NCBI GenBank assembly: GCA_052034235.1
Contig: JBPOIT010000012.1
Span: 34,161 to 98,160, forward strand
Origin: Candidatus Levyibacteriota bacterium
GTDB taxonomy: Bacteria; Patescibacteriota; Microgenomatia; Levybacterales; UBA12049
Reading direction: 5' to 3'
DNA: 64,000 nucleotides
The first letter of the stretch is position 1; each line of letters starts with the position of its first letter. Positions 45,983-56,482 of the stretch are shown one piece after another. A program made the translations under genes and the position numbers. The notes under the pieces are model-generated. The model was not told the origin of the DNA and ran no database searches. It was given only the letters and a program-made list of their open reading frames with translations.

Positions 45983-48958
45983 ATGACGACACGGATAGAA
46001 ATTGGCGCAACTGTTTTTGATACGAGAGCTGCCGCGCGAGTTAAAAAGTTTCAATCACTCGGCTACAAACAGATCTCAACTCTTTGGATTTTCGATGTCT
46101 ATACTATCGATAAGAATTTTACTCAGACGCAACTTGAAGACATCGCTTCAAGACTTGCAAATCCTCTGACCCAAAACTTCGCCATTGTAAATGGTTCAAC
46201 AAAACCTGCCACAAAGAAATTCGCCTTTGCTATAGAAATTGGTTTTCTCCCGGGCGTTACCGATAATGTTGCCCATACAACAAAGGAGATAATTGAAGAC
46301 GGATTAAAAACAAAATTCGCCGAAACTGAAGGCGTCTACACTTCACAAGTCACATTTGTTGACGGCAAACTAACAGCCGAGGAGGCAGATCAAATTGCAG
46401 CATCACTTTATAATCCACTGATTCAAAGAGCTCATGTCAAAACATATGCTCAATTTATAAAAGACAACGGCATGGATGTTATTGTTCCACAGGTAAAACT
46501 TTCTGCAAAACCAAATATCTCTGATGTAAATCTGAATGTCTCAGATGAAGAACTTACTGTTATCGGTAAACAAGGAATAGCAAATGCAGATGGAACAAGA
46601 CGCGGACCACTCGCGCTTGACTTAACGTACATGAAAACCATTCAAGCATATTTCAAAAAGCTGGGACGAAATCCTACTGATATTGAAATTGAATCAATAG
46701 GCCAAACGTGGTCTGAGCATTGCAAACACACAATTTTTGCAGATCCACTTGATGAATTGAAAGACGGATTATTTAAGACATATATTAAAGGTGCTACTGA
46801 GTTGATACGAAAGAAAAAATCTGCCAAAGGCGGATCCGGTGATTTTTGTATTTCTGTTTTTACTGATAACTCAGGAGGTATTGCACTTGATGAGACATAC
46901 ATGGTGACACATAAAGTCGAAACACATAACAGTCCGTCAGCACTTGATCCATTTGGCGGTGCAATTACTGGTATCGTCGGCGTGAATCGTGACACCATCG
47001 GATTTGGAATGGGCGCAAAACCTGTTGCGAATTTTTACGGTTATTGCTTTGCAGATCCTCGAGTTGATATCCCGCTTTTTAGAGATCAAAAACTCACAAA
47101 TAAAATGCTCTCGTCGTCAAGAATTATGAACGGTGTTATTGATGGTGTGAATGCAGGAGGTAACCAATCAGGAATTCCAACGCCGTTGGGTTTTGTTTAT
47201 TTTGATGAACGTTATCGCGGGAAACCACTTGTCATTGTTGGAACAGTTGGACTCATACCACGAAAAATAAAAACAAAACTATCACATGTTAAAAAAGCGA
47301 AACCCGGTGATTTAATAGTTATAATCGGCGGACGTGTTGGAAAAGACGGCATCCATGGTGCAACGTTTTCATCAGAGGCGCTTGATAGTGGAAGTCCAGC
47401 AGCAGCGGTCCAAATCGGCGATCCGATTACACAGAAAAAATTAAGTGATGCAATCGTAAAAGAAGCGCGCGACATGCTTTTATATAACAGCATAACTGAT
47501 AATGGCGCCGGTGGACTTTCCTGCTCTGTCGCCGAAATGGCTAAAGAATCAGGTGGAGCAAAAGTCGAACTTGAAAAAGTACCACTGAAATATCCTGGAC
47601 TTGATCCTTGGGAAATTTGGGTTTCGGAATCACAAGAACGAATGACATTGGCAATACCAAAAACCAAATGGAAGAAGTTTTTAGAACTCATGACACGACG
47701 AGGAGTCGAAGCAACAGTTATTGGTGAATTTACAAAAACAGAAAAATGCGTTGTCACCTTTAACGGCAAAACAATTATGGATATGGATATGACATTTCTT
47801 CATGACGGTCTACCTGCTAAACAATTAACAACAACCTATGTCAAACCACTTTTTGAAGAGACATCTGTACCCGAAGAAAAATCATTAACAAACTCTCTGA
47901 GTGAAATGCTAAGCAGATTAAATATCACCAGTTTTGAATTTATATCACAACAATATGATCACATTGTCCAAGGGAATGCGGTTCTCGGGCCACTCCAGGG
48001 AAGAGGACGTGTGAATGCTGAAACAGCAGTTATTCGTCCAGTTCTTGATTCAAATAAAGGTGTTGTTCTGTCTCAAGCACTCTACCCTACGTACTCTGAA
48101 ATTGATCCATATAATATGTCTGCCAGTGCAATTGATAGTGCAATCAGACAGGCAGTTGCAGCAGGCGCTGACCCCGACAAACTGGCACTGCTTGATAACT
48201 TCTGCTGGTGCAGCAGCAACGATCCTGAAAGACTAGGCCAGTTAAAACTAGCTGTCAAAGCATGTTTCGATTATGCAGTTGCATACGGTACTCCATATAT
48301 TTCCGGCAAAGATAGTATGTTTAATGACTTTAAAGGGTATGATGAAAATGGAAAACCAATCGCTATTTCAATCCCGCCAACACTTCTTATTTCAAGTATT
48401 GGTGTTATACCCGACATTACAAAAGTCGTGTCACTCGATGCAAAAGTTCCTGGCGATTTAGTGTATATTCTCGGTGAAACATTTGAAGAACTCGCAGGGT
48501 CAGAATATTTCCAGTTGAAAAATGCGATAAGTAACGCAGTACCCAAAGTTGATCCGCGAAAAAATAAACTTATGTATGATGCATTTTATCAAGCAGTCCA
48601 AAAAAATCTCATCGCATCAAGTATCAGTATTGGACGGGGTGGTATTGCAACAGCTCTTGCCAAAAAAGCAATCGGCGGACAACTGGGACTTTCAGTAAGT
48701 CTACAAAATTTACCAGGACAAATAAGTCGTGATGATTTTGCACTCTATTCTGAAAGCCAAGGAAGAATACTTGTAACTATTGCAAAAGAAAAGAAAACCG
48801 CATTTGAAAAAGCTTTTGCTGGAATGAGTTTTCTACAGATTGGAAGTGTAACCAAAGAGCAACTAGTAGCTGTTAAAGGATTAGGTGGAATTGAAATAAT
48901 AAATCTCGATCTAAAAAAAGCAACTGATTCATATAGAAAAACATTTAAGGATTATTAA
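45983..48958 (+). CDS. purL: FGAM synthase synthetase subunit with N-terminal PurS-like extension
   Basis: QTWSEHCKH, KVETHNSPS, DGIHGA, QIGDP, DNGAGG, SESQERM, ISGKDS; N-terminal PGVTD. Confidence 0.95.
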   Translation: MTTRIEIGATVFDTRAAARVKKFQSLGYKQISTLWIFDVYTIDKNFTQTQLEDIASRLANPLTQNFAIVNGSTKPATKKFAFAIEIGFLPGVTDNVAHTTKEIIEDGLKTKFAETEGVYTSQVTFVDGKLTAEEADQIAASLYNPLIQRAHVKTYAQFIKDNGMDVIVPQVKLSAKPNISDVNLNVSDEELTVIGKQGIANADGTRRGPLALDLTYMKTIQAYFKKLGRNPTDIEIESIGQTWSEHCKHTIFADPLDELKDGLFKTYIKGATELIRKKKSAKGGSGDFCISVFTDNSGGIALDETYMVTHKVETHNSPSALDPFGGAITGIVGVNRDTIGFGMGAKPVANFYGYCFADPRVDIPLFRDQKLTNKMLSSSRIMNGVIDGVNAGGNQSGIPTPLGFVYFDERYRGKPLVIVGTVGLIPRKIKTKLSHVKKAKPGDLIVIIGGRVGKDGIHGATFSSEALDSGSPAAAVQIGDPITQKKLSDAIVKEARDMLLYNSITDNGAGGLSCSVAEMAKESGGAKVELEKVPLKYPGLDPWEIWVSESQERMTLAIPKTKWKKFLELMTRRGVEATVIGEFTKTEKCVVTFNGKTIMDMDMTFLHDGLPAKQLTTTYVKPLFEETSVPEEKSLTNSLSEMLSRLNITSFEFISQQYDHIVQGNAVLGPLQGRGRVNAETAVIRPVLDSNKGVVLSQALYPTYSEIDPYNMSASAIDSAIRQAVAAGADPDKLALLDNFCWCSSNDPERLGQLKLAVKACFDYAVAYGTPYISGKDSMFNDFKGYDENGKPIAISIPPTLLISSIGVIPDITKVVSLDAKVPGDLVYILGETFEELAGSEYFQLKNAISNAVPKVDPRKNKLMYDAFYQAVQKNLIASSISIGRGGIATALAKKAIGGQLGLSVSLQNLPGQISRDDFALYSESQGRILVTIAKEKKTAFEKAFAGMSFLQIGSVTKEQLVAVKGLGGIEIINLDLKKATDSYRKTFKDY

Positions 48959-48960
48959 GT

Positions 48961-49764
48961 ATGAAAATAAAACCAAAAGCACTTATATTTTCAGGATACG
49001 GATTAAATTCAGAAGAAGAAACAGCTTATGGATTTGAAATGGCTGGAGCAACTGCTGACATTGTACATATCAATGATGTCATCGACGGCACATACAAACT
49101 AAAAAATTATCAGATCCTTTCGTTTCCCGGTGGATTCGCATACGGTGATGATACTGGTTCAGGAAATGCGTATGCCAATAAAATAAAAAATCATCTTTGG
49201 GAAGAAGTTAAAACGTTTATAGAAAGAGACACATTGGTAATCGGTATCTGTAACGGTTGCCAGATTGTTAATAATTTAGGCCTCGTTCCGGCATTTGAAA
49301 AACAGTATGGAGAGCGTCAGGTTGCCTTGCAGCATAATGAATCAGCTCGTCTTGTGTGCAGATGGATTGACATGAAAGTAACAGCCAAAACACCATGGCT
49401 TACCGGTATTGAAACACTTTCGCTACCAATTGCTCATGGAGAAGGAAAATTCTATACCTCCACAGAAAACTTAAAAAAACTTCATGCTAATAAACAAATT
49501 GCACTTCAGTATGTCACAGGTCCTATGAGTACTTATCTGGATTTACCTGCAAATCCTAACGGTGCAATTGATGATATCGCTGGTATAATTGATGAGACTG
49601 GTAAAATATTAGGACTTATGCCGCATCCAGAACGAGGCATGTTCTTTAGTCAAATGCCAAATTGGCCGGTACAAAAAGAAGAACTCTTAAGACAGAATAA
49701 AAAACTGCCAAAAGAGGGACCGGGTTTGCAACTGCTTAAGAATGCTGTACAATACTTTAGCTGA
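48961..49764 (+). CDS. purQ: FGAM synthase glutaminase subunit
   Basis: PGGFAYGD, GICNGCQ, PIAHGEG, NPNG, MPHPER. Confidence 0.96.
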   Translation: MKIKPKALIFSGYGLNSEEETAYGFEMAGATADIVHINDVIDGTYKLKNYQILSFPGGFAYGDDTGSGNAYANKIKNHLWEEVKTFIERDTLVIGICNGCQIVNNLGLVPAFEKQYGERQVALQHNESARLVCRWIDMKVTAKTPWLTGIETLSLPIAHGEGKFYTSTENLKKLHANKQIALQYVTGPMSTYLDLPANPNGAIDDIAGIIDETGKILGLMPHPERGMFFSQMPNWPVQKEELLRQNKKLPKEGPGLQLLKNAVQYFS

Positions 49765-49766
49765 AT

Positions 49767-50792
49767 ATGAATAATAAAAAGTATACAATCGCAACACTTG
49801 GAAGTCATTCATCTTTGCAAATATTAAAAGGCGCTAAAGATGAAGGTTTTCAAACGCTTATTATTTCAACACCTGAAACTGAAGCATTTTATAAAACATT
49901 TCCGTTTATTGATGAACATATAATTATTCCAAAATTTTCAGAATTTTCAACGATTGAAAAAACACTCATTGAAAAAAATGTGATTGTTATCCCCCATGGT
50001 TCGTTTGTTGCATACCTCGGCTCAGAAAAAAATAAAACAATGAAAGCTATGTATTTCGGAAATAAAAGTGTTCTTGATTGGGAAGAAGACAGACAAAAGC
50101 AACGAGAATGGTTAACAGAAGCAAAGATAAATGTGCCGGAGCAGTTTGACTTAAGCGATGAAAAGAAAAGACCAATTCAATATCCAATTATTGTTAAGTC
50201 ATATGGAGCAGCTGGTGGCAAAGGATATTTCTACGCCAGAGACCGAAAAGACTTCGACGCAAAAATGGAAACGTTTGGAAAGAAAAAATATGTTATTCAG
50301 GAATACATAATCGGCGTTCCACTGTATGTCCATTTCTTTTATTCACCACTTACTGACAAACTTGAAATTATGAGTATGGATAAAAGGTACGAAACAAACG
50401 TCGACTCACTTGGTAGAATTCCACTTGAAGGACAAAAAGGACTTGTTATCGAACCTTCATATGTCGTTGTTGGTAACAGTAGTCTTGTTCTCCGTGAAGG
50501 GATGCTGACAGAAGCTTACAATATGGGCAGACGAGTAATCGATGCCTCAAAAAAACTTATCGACAAACGCGGCATGTTCGGCCCATTCTGCGTGGAAACA
50601 ATCATCACACCAGACCAGCGATTCTATGTCATGGAAATTTCCTGTAGAATTGTTGCAGGAACCAATCTCTTTACCTATGGATCTCCCTATTCATGGCTCT
50701 ATTATGATGAACCAATGAGTACAGGACGAAGAATCGCCAGAGAAATAAAAAATGCTATTGCTGATAATACCCTGCCCCAAGTATTAGACTGA
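49767..50792 (+). CDS. purP: Formate-dependent FAICAR synthetase (archaeal-type PurP, ATP-grasp)
   Basis: IATLGSHSSLQILKGAKDEGF, PHGSFVAY, GGKGYF, RYETNVD, EISCRIVAGTN, MSTGRRIAREI. Confidence 0.9.
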   Translation: MNNKKYTIATLGSHSSLQILKGAKDEGFQTLIISTPETEAFYKTFPFIDEHIIIPKFSEFSTIEKTLIEKNVIVIPHGSFVAYLGSEKNKTMKAMYFGNKSVLDWEEDRQKQREWLTEAKINVPEQFDLSDEKKRPIQYPIIVKSYGAAGGKGYFYARDRKDFDAKMETFGKKKYVIQEYIIGVPLYVHFFYSPLTDKLEIMSMDKRYETNVDSLGRIPLEGQKGLVIEPSYVVVGNSSLVLREGMLTEAYNMGRRVIDASKKLIDKRGMFGPFCVETIITPDQRFYVMEISCRIVAGTNLFTYGSPYSWLYYDEPMSTGRRIAREIKNAIADNTLPQVLD

Positions 50793-50793
50793 C

Positions 50794-52341
50794 ATGACAA
50801 ATAGTAAAACAACACATAAAACATCATACGCACTCATCAGTGTTTTTGACAAAGCAGGAATTCTCGACTTAGCAAAAACATTTGTAGAGAAGAATATTAA
50901 AATAATTTCAACCGGTGGTACTGCTAAATACCTTAAAGAAAATAACATTGACATAATCCCCATTGAAGATATAACCAAAATGCCTGAGAGTTTTGATGGA
51001 AGAATGAAGACAATCAGTTTTGAAATCGCATCAGGAATACTCTATGACAGACACAACACGTCGCATCAAGAACAAGCAGAAAAATTACAAACTCCTCACA
51101 TCGATTATATCGTTTGCAATTTTTATGATTTCTGGAAAAAACCAGGGATTGAAATGATTGATGTCGGCGGCCCAACAATGGTTCGTGCAGCTGCAAAAAA
51201 TTATCAAAGCGTCACAGTGCTGGTAAACCCTGACGACTACAGTGTCGTTATAGAAGAAATTAAAACCAAAGGACAACCAAGTGAAGAACTTCGTAAAGTA
51301 CTCGCAGGAACAGCTTTTTCCTACGTTGCAGAATATGACGCACTGATTGCAAATTATTTTCAAAAAGACGTCGATAGTGCAGATTGGTTCATTTCACTGC
51401 GAAACGGTAAGCGCCTGCGTTACGGAGAAAATCCTCATCAACAGGGCGAATTTTTTAAAGATCTTGAAGATACAGATGCGCTCGGACTTGGCAATTATGA
51501 AATGCTCCAGGGAAAAGAAATTTCATACAGCAATTATCTCGATTTAGACGGCGGTCTTCAGGCACTTTCCTGTATCGGACAAGAAAAACCAGCATGTGTT
51601 ATCTTAAAACACACCAACCCATGCGGCGCTGCACTTGGGAAAGATTTGAAAGACGCATTTCATAAAGCATGGTTTGAAGGAGATCCACTTGCTGCATTTG
51701 GTGGCATCATTTTCTTTAACAGACCTGTTGATGGAAAACTTGCAGAATATATGTTGGCTGATCGAAAGTTTTTTGAAATCATCGCCGCACCTGAATTTAC
51801 AAAAGAAGCACGAGATTTATTTAAAATAAAACCCAATTTGCGTCTTCTAGAAAACAAAGCACTGAGTAAACCTCAATTAGAGCCATATAGAGAAATTAAA
51901 AGAGTTCGGGGAGGATTTCTTGTACAAGACACTGATGTCAAAGTTCTTGATAAAAAAGCATTAAATGTTGTGACAAAGAAAAAACCAACCTCATCACAAA
52001 TTGAAGATATGCTTTTTGCCTGGGAAATCTCACGGGTTAGTAAATCAAATTGTGTGGTTGCTGTAAAAGACGGAGTGCTTCTCGCATCGGGAGTTGGACA
52101 ACAAGATAGAAAGCGCTGTTGTGAATTATGTGTTAGTAAAGCCCTTAAACCATTAACTGGAGCTGTCGCAGCAACCGACGGCTTTTTTCCTTTCAGAGAT
52201 GGACCTGATGTCTTGATCAAAGCGGGAGTGACTGCCATAATTCAACCAGGCGGCTCAATTAGAGATCAGGAAACAATTGACGCCTGTAACGAAGCAGGAA
52301 TAACCATGATCATGACAGGTGTCAGAGCATTTAAACATTAA
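50794..52341 (+). CDS. purH: Bifunctional AICAR transformylase / IMP cyclohydrolase
   Basis: ALISVFDK, STGGT, IDVGGPTMVRAAAKN, RYGENPHQ, KHTNPCG, DGFFPFRD, QPGGSIRD, RAFKH. Confidence 0.95.
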   Translation: MTNSKTTHKTSYALISVFDKAGILDLAKTFVEKNIKIISTGGTAKYLKENNIDIIPIEDITKMPESFDGRMKTISFEIASGILYDRHNTSHQEQAEKLQTPHIDYIVCNFYDFWKKPGIEMIDVGGPTMVRAAAKNYQSVTVLVNPDDYSVVIEEIKTKGQPSEELRKVLAGTAFSYVAEYDALIANYFQKDVDSADWFISLRNGKRLRYGENPHQQGEFFKDLEDTDALGLGNYEMLQGKEISYSNYLDLDGGLQALSCIGQEKPACVILKHTNPCGAALGKDLKDAFHKAWFEGDPLAAFGGIIFFNRPVDGKLAEYMLADRKFFEIIAAPEFTKEARDLFKIKPNLRLLENKALSKPQLEPYREIKRVRGGFLVQDTDVKVLDKKALNVVTKKKPTSSQIEDMLFAWEISRVSKSNCVVAVKDGVLLASGVGQQDRKRCCELCVSKALKPLTGAVAATDGFFPFRDGPDVLIKAGVTAIIQPGGSIRDQETIDACNEAGITMIMTGVRAFKH

Positions 52342-53432
52342 TGGATACAAAGCAAATTACCATAGCAACACTCGGAAGTCATTCAGCACTTGAGGTATGT
52401 CGAGGGGCAAAGGATGAAGGATTTAAAAATGTCGTTGTCTGCCAAAAAGGTCGTGAGGCAACTTATGCCAAATATTACAAAACAAACGGCTCAACAGGTT
52501 GTGTTGATGATGTCATCCTCGTTGATTCATTTAAAGATGTCTTAAAACCGGAAATCCAAAAACAGCTCATCGACCGCAACAGTATATTTATCCCCAATAG
52601 ATCTTTTGAAGTGTATATCAATGACTACAACGCAATTGAAAATGATTTTAAAGTCAAAATGTACGGCAATAAAAAAATTCTTCGAATTGAAGAACGAGGT
52701 TTCAAACCAAACCAATATGATCTTTTAGATGCAGCACGCATTCGTTATCCAAAACAATTTTCAGATCCAAAAGACATTGATTGTGTCTGTCTTGTAAAAG
52801 TGCTTGAACAAGAAAGAGGATTTGAAAGAGCATTTTTTATCGTTGATAGTTTTGAAGATTTCAAAAAACAAACTGATGAAAAAATCAGTAAAGGTATTTT
52901 CACTGAGGAACAATTAGGTAAAGCAGTTATAGAAGAATTCATCGTTGGTGTTCAAGTTAATTTTAATTATTACTATTCCCCGATTCATGATCGTTTGGAA
53001 CTGCTTGGAACTGATACCAGACGACAAACAAATTTTGAAGGCATAACCAAACTTCCTGTTGTGTATCAGGAAGAAGTACTCAAAAAAATGTCAATCAAAT
53101 ATGAAGAAGCAAGTCATACAGCTGTGACAGTTCTTGAATCACTGCTTGAACCGGTTTTTGAAATCGGTGAACGATTTGTAAAAGCATCAAAAGAACTTTC
53201 CTCACCTGGCGTCATCGGTCCATTTGCACTGCAATCATTTATCATCCCCGGTCCTCCAAAAAAAGATATCGTCGTCATCGATGTCTCGCCTCGCTATCCA
53301 GGATCTCCAGGCATTACGGCAACACCTTACAGCGGTTATCTTTTTGGAAAGTCGGTCAATGTCGGAAAGCGCATTGCTATGGAAATCAAAGAAGCAGTAG
53401 AATTAAAGAGACTTGATGAAATAATTTCATAA
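52341..53432 (+). CDS. purP: Second, divergent PurP-like ATP-grasp protein
   Basis: IATLGSHSALEVCRGAKDEGF, PNRSF, ERAFF, DTRRQTN, GPFALQ, DVSPR.PGSPG, GKRIAMEI. Confidence 0.85.
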   Translation: MDTKQITIATLGSHSALEVCRGAKDEGFKNVVVCQKGREATYAKYYKTNGSTGCVDDVILVDSFKDVLKPEIQKQLIDRNSIFIPNRSFEVYINDYNAIENDFKVKMYGNKKILRIEERGFKPNQYDLLDAARIRYPKQFSDPKDIDCVCLVKVLEQERGFERAFFIVDSFEDFKKQTDEKISKGIFTEEQLGKAVIEEFIVGVQVNFNYYYSPIHDRLELLGTDTRRQTNFEGITKLPVVYQEEVLKKMSIKYEEASHTAVTVLESLLEPVFEIGERFVKASKELSSPGVIGPFALQSFIIPGPPKKDIVVIDVSPRYPGSPGITATPYSGYLFGKSVNVGKRIAMEIKEAVELKRLDEIIS

Positions 53433-53433
53433 T

Positions 53434-54828
53434 ATGAGTGACCAAAAATTACCTTTTTCAGAACTAACAGCAATCTCGCCACTTGATGGACGTTATCGGT
53501 CACGTGTTGAAGAACTCGCACCCGTTGTCTCGGAATATGCCCTCATCAAATTTCGCATGGAAATCGAAATTACATATTTACTCGCACTATCTGAAGCAGA
53601 GGTGACACGACCATTTACTGATGATGAAAAACAATTGCTCCAAACAATTCTTAACGACACTAGTTTTGAAAGTATTGAAAAAGTAAAAGAAACAGAGAAC
53701 CAAACACGACATGACGTTAAAGCAATGGAGAGAACGCTTCGTTCATTACTTGAAAACACCTCACTTAAAGATCAAATTGAAATGATTCATATCGGACTCA
53801 CATCCGAGGATATTAATAATATCGCTTATCGATTGATACTCACACGCGGAACAGCTGTTGTTTTACATACCCTTGAAGAACTGATTGATGAGTTGGTAAC
53901 TCGTTCAAAAGAGTTCCGCTCAGTTCCCATGCTTGCCCGAACGCATGGACAACCAGCAGTCCCAACAACAGTCGGGAAAGAACTTTCAACCTTTGCAATT
54001 CGTCTTAATAGACAAGTGAGAAAATTACAAAAGCAAAAACTAACAGGAAAGTTAAACGGTGCGGTTGGTAGTTTTAATGCCTTACAATATGTCTTCCCTA
54101 AAACAGACTGGCCAGCATTTTCTGAAAAGTTTATTTCATCGTTTGGACTAACTCCAAATCTTTTTACAACACAAATAAATCAATATGATGATGTTATCGA
54201 GTATCTACAAATCATCCATAGAATTAACGGCATACTGATCGATTTTAATCAGGACATGTGGAGATATATCAGTGATGAATGGTTTGTCCAGGTTGCGAAA
54301 AAAGGAGAAGTCGGATCATCAACAATGCCGCAAAAAGTTAATCCAATTGATTTTGAAAATGCTGAAGGAAACTTGGGAATTGCTAATGGCATTATCGAAT
54401 CAATGTCCAGAAAACTGGTTATTTCAAGACTGCAAAGAGATTTATCAGACAGTACAACCATTAGAAACTACGGATCAATTCTTGCGTATGGGCTCGTAGG
54501 ATATAAAAGTATTCTAACCGGACTTGGACGAGTAAATCCAAATGTTGAAAAAATCTCACAGGAATTAAACAAAGAATGGGCCATTTTAGGTGAAGGTGTT
54601 CAAACACTTTTACGAAAAGTAGGAGTTGAAGATCCATATTCACTCATTTCATCTTTAACACGTGGTGAGAAAGTTGATGCAAAGCAGTGGACAGAGTGGG
54701 TTAAAAATCTTCCGGTTGCTGATGAAACAAAAACAATCTTACAAAATCTGACGCCCGAAACATATATCGGTTTGGCTCCAGAACTTACTGATAAAGCACT
54801 TGCAGAGATTGAAGAATCGAGAAAATAA
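53434..54828 (+). CDS. purB: Adenylosuccinate lyase
   Basis: LTAISPLDGRY, HDVKA, TSEDINN, RTHGQPA, GSSTMPQKVNPIDFEN, SRLQRDLSDST. Confidence 0.96.
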   Translation: MSDQKLPFSELTAISPLDGRYRSRVEELAPVVSEYALIKFRMEIEITYLLALSEAEVTRPFTDDEKQLLQTILNDTSFESIEKVKETENQTRHDVKAMERTLRSLLENTSLKDQIEMIHIGLTSEDINNIAYRLILTRGTAVVLHTLEELIDELVTRSKEFRSVPMLARTHGQPAVPTTVGKELSTFAIRLNRQVRKLQKQKLTGKLNGAVGSFNALQYVFPKTDWPAFSEKFISSFGLTPNLFTTQINQYDDVIEYLQIIHRINGILIDFNQDMWRYISDEWFVQVAKKGEVGSSTMPQKVNPIDFENAEGNLGIANGIIESMSRKLVISRLQRDLSDSTTIRNYGSILAYGLVGYKSILTGLGRVNPNVEKISQELNKEWAILGEGVQTLLRKVGVEDPYSLISSLTRGEKVDAKQWTEWVKNLPVADETKTILQNLTPETYIGLAPELTDKALAEIEESRK

Positions 54829-55959
54829 GTGATGAAAAATCGAATTGGCATTGTTGGCGGTGGACAATTAGGAATAATGTTAACAGATGCTGCAAAAAAA
54901 TTAGGTTTTTCTGTCACCGTCATCGACCCCACTCCAAATAGCCCAGCAGGACAAGTTGCAGATCAACAAATCACAGCGCATTTTACTGATGAAAATGCAA
55001 TTAGAAAACTTGGCGAAGAATCTGACTTTTTAACATTTGAAATTGAGCTGGCCAACGCAAAAATCCTTGATGAACTTTCAGAACAAGGTTTGCAAATAAA
55101 TCCCTCTGCAAAAACATTAACGCTTATTAAAGATAAATTGGAACAAAAGAAATTTCTCCGCAAAAACGGAATTCCTGTTACTGATTTTGTAGGAGTCGAA
55201 ACCATAGATGACATAATTATTGCCGGACGTGAATTTGGCTATCCGTTTTTACTTAAAGCGCGTTTTGACGCATACGACGGAAGGGGCAATGCGCTCGTAA
55301 AAGAAGAAGCTCAAATTCAAGATGCATTTAATGGATTAGGAGGTAAATATTTATACGTAGAAAAATTTGTACCATTCATGAAAGAATTGGCTATAAATGT
55401 CGCTCGTAACAATAAAAATGAAATACTTTCTTATCCAGTTGTAGAAACCGTCCACAAAAATAATATCTGTCATATTGTTACAGCACCTGCACCCGTAAAT
55501 GATCTTGTAAAAGAACAAGCTAAAAAGTTTGGCGAAGAAACAATGAAACACCTGGGGGGTGCAGGGGTATTTGGAATTGAAATGTTTTTAACGGAAGAAG
55601 GAAATGTACTACTAAACGAAATCGCACCACGTGTTCATAATTCAGGACATTACACAATTGAAGCATGTCAAACATCACAATTTGAACAACATATACGCGC
55701 AGTAACCGGCATGCCCCTCGGATCAACTGAAATGATTGTTCCGGCAGCGGTGATGATCAATATTCTCGGCGAACGAAATGGAAAAGCAGAACCAAAAGGT
55801 ATTCAAGAAGCAGAAGCTATCACTGGTGTGAAAGTGCATATCTATGGTAAAATGGAAACACGAATTGAACGTAAAATGGGTCATCTGACAGCAGTCGCTG
55901 ATACTGTGGAAGAAGCAATGCAAAACGCTAAAAAAGCACGAGATCTAATAACTATATGA
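54829..55959 (+). CDS. purK: N5-CAIR synthetase
   Basis: [40 protein letters not shown]. Confidence 0.96.
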   Translation: MMKNRIGIVGGGQLGIMLTDAAKKLGFSVTVIDPTPNSPAGQVADQQITAHFTDENAIRKLGEESDFLTFEIELANAKILDELSEQGLQINPSAKTLTLIKDKLEQKKFLRKNGIPVTDFVGVETIDDIIIAGREFGYPFLLKARFDAYDGRGNALVKEEAQIQDAFNGLGGKYLYVEKFVPFMKELAINVARNNKNEILSYPVVETVHKNNICHIVTAPAPVNDLVKEQAKKFGEETMKHLGGAGVFGIEMFLTEEGNVLLNEIAPRVHNSGHYTIEACQTSQFEQHIRAVTGMPLGSTEMIVPAAVMINILGERNGKAEPKGIQEAEAITGVKVHIYGKMETRIERKMGHLTAVADTVEEAMQNAKKARDLITI

Positions 55960-56480
55960 GCAAAATTATTGTAGGAATTATCATGGGATCAGATAGCGAT
56001 TTGCCTGTTATGCAGGATGCAGCGACGATGCTTACAGAATTTGGCATCACGTCCGAAGTTACAATCGTTTCTGCACATAGAACACCAGATAGAATGTATG
56101 AATATGCAAAAGATGCAGAAGCACGCGGAATGAAAGTAATCATTGCAGGAGCTGGCGGTTCAGCACATTTACCAGGAATGGTTGCGTCCCTTACTTCCCT
56201 TCCCGTCATCGGCGTCCCGATCAAAACAAAATCACTTGACGGACTTGATTCATTACTCTCAATAGTCCAAATGCCCCCCGGAATTCCCGTTGCAACTGTT
56301 GCCGTAAACGGCGCAAAAAATGCAGGCCTACTTGCTGCAAGAATTATTGGTCTTTCACATGAAGAAATCTCAGACAAAGTAAAAGTCTATCAAAAAGAAT
56401 TAGAAACGTCAGTTCTAGAGAAAGTCGATAAACTTGCAGATAATGGTTTTAAAAACTATCTCCTAGAGATGAAGAAATAA
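55956..56480 (+). CDS. purE: N5-CAIR mutase
   Basis: [39 protein letters not shown]. Confidence 0.97.
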   Translation: MSKIIVGIIMGSDSDLPVMQDAATMLTEFGITSEVTIVSAHRTPDRMYEYAKDAEARGMKVIIAGAGGSAHLPGMVASLTSLPVIGVPIKTKSLDGLDSLLSIVQMPPGIPVATVAVNGAKNAGLLAARIIGLSHEEISDKVKVYQKELETSVLEKVDKLADNGFKNYLLEMKK

Positions 56481-56482
56481 TT

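Noticed and set aside
47212-47769. Long antisense ORFs (185 aa here; also 55952-56377, 24246-24689, 22779-23177)
   Set aside because: Shadow frames of conserved genes with no motifs or expression signals
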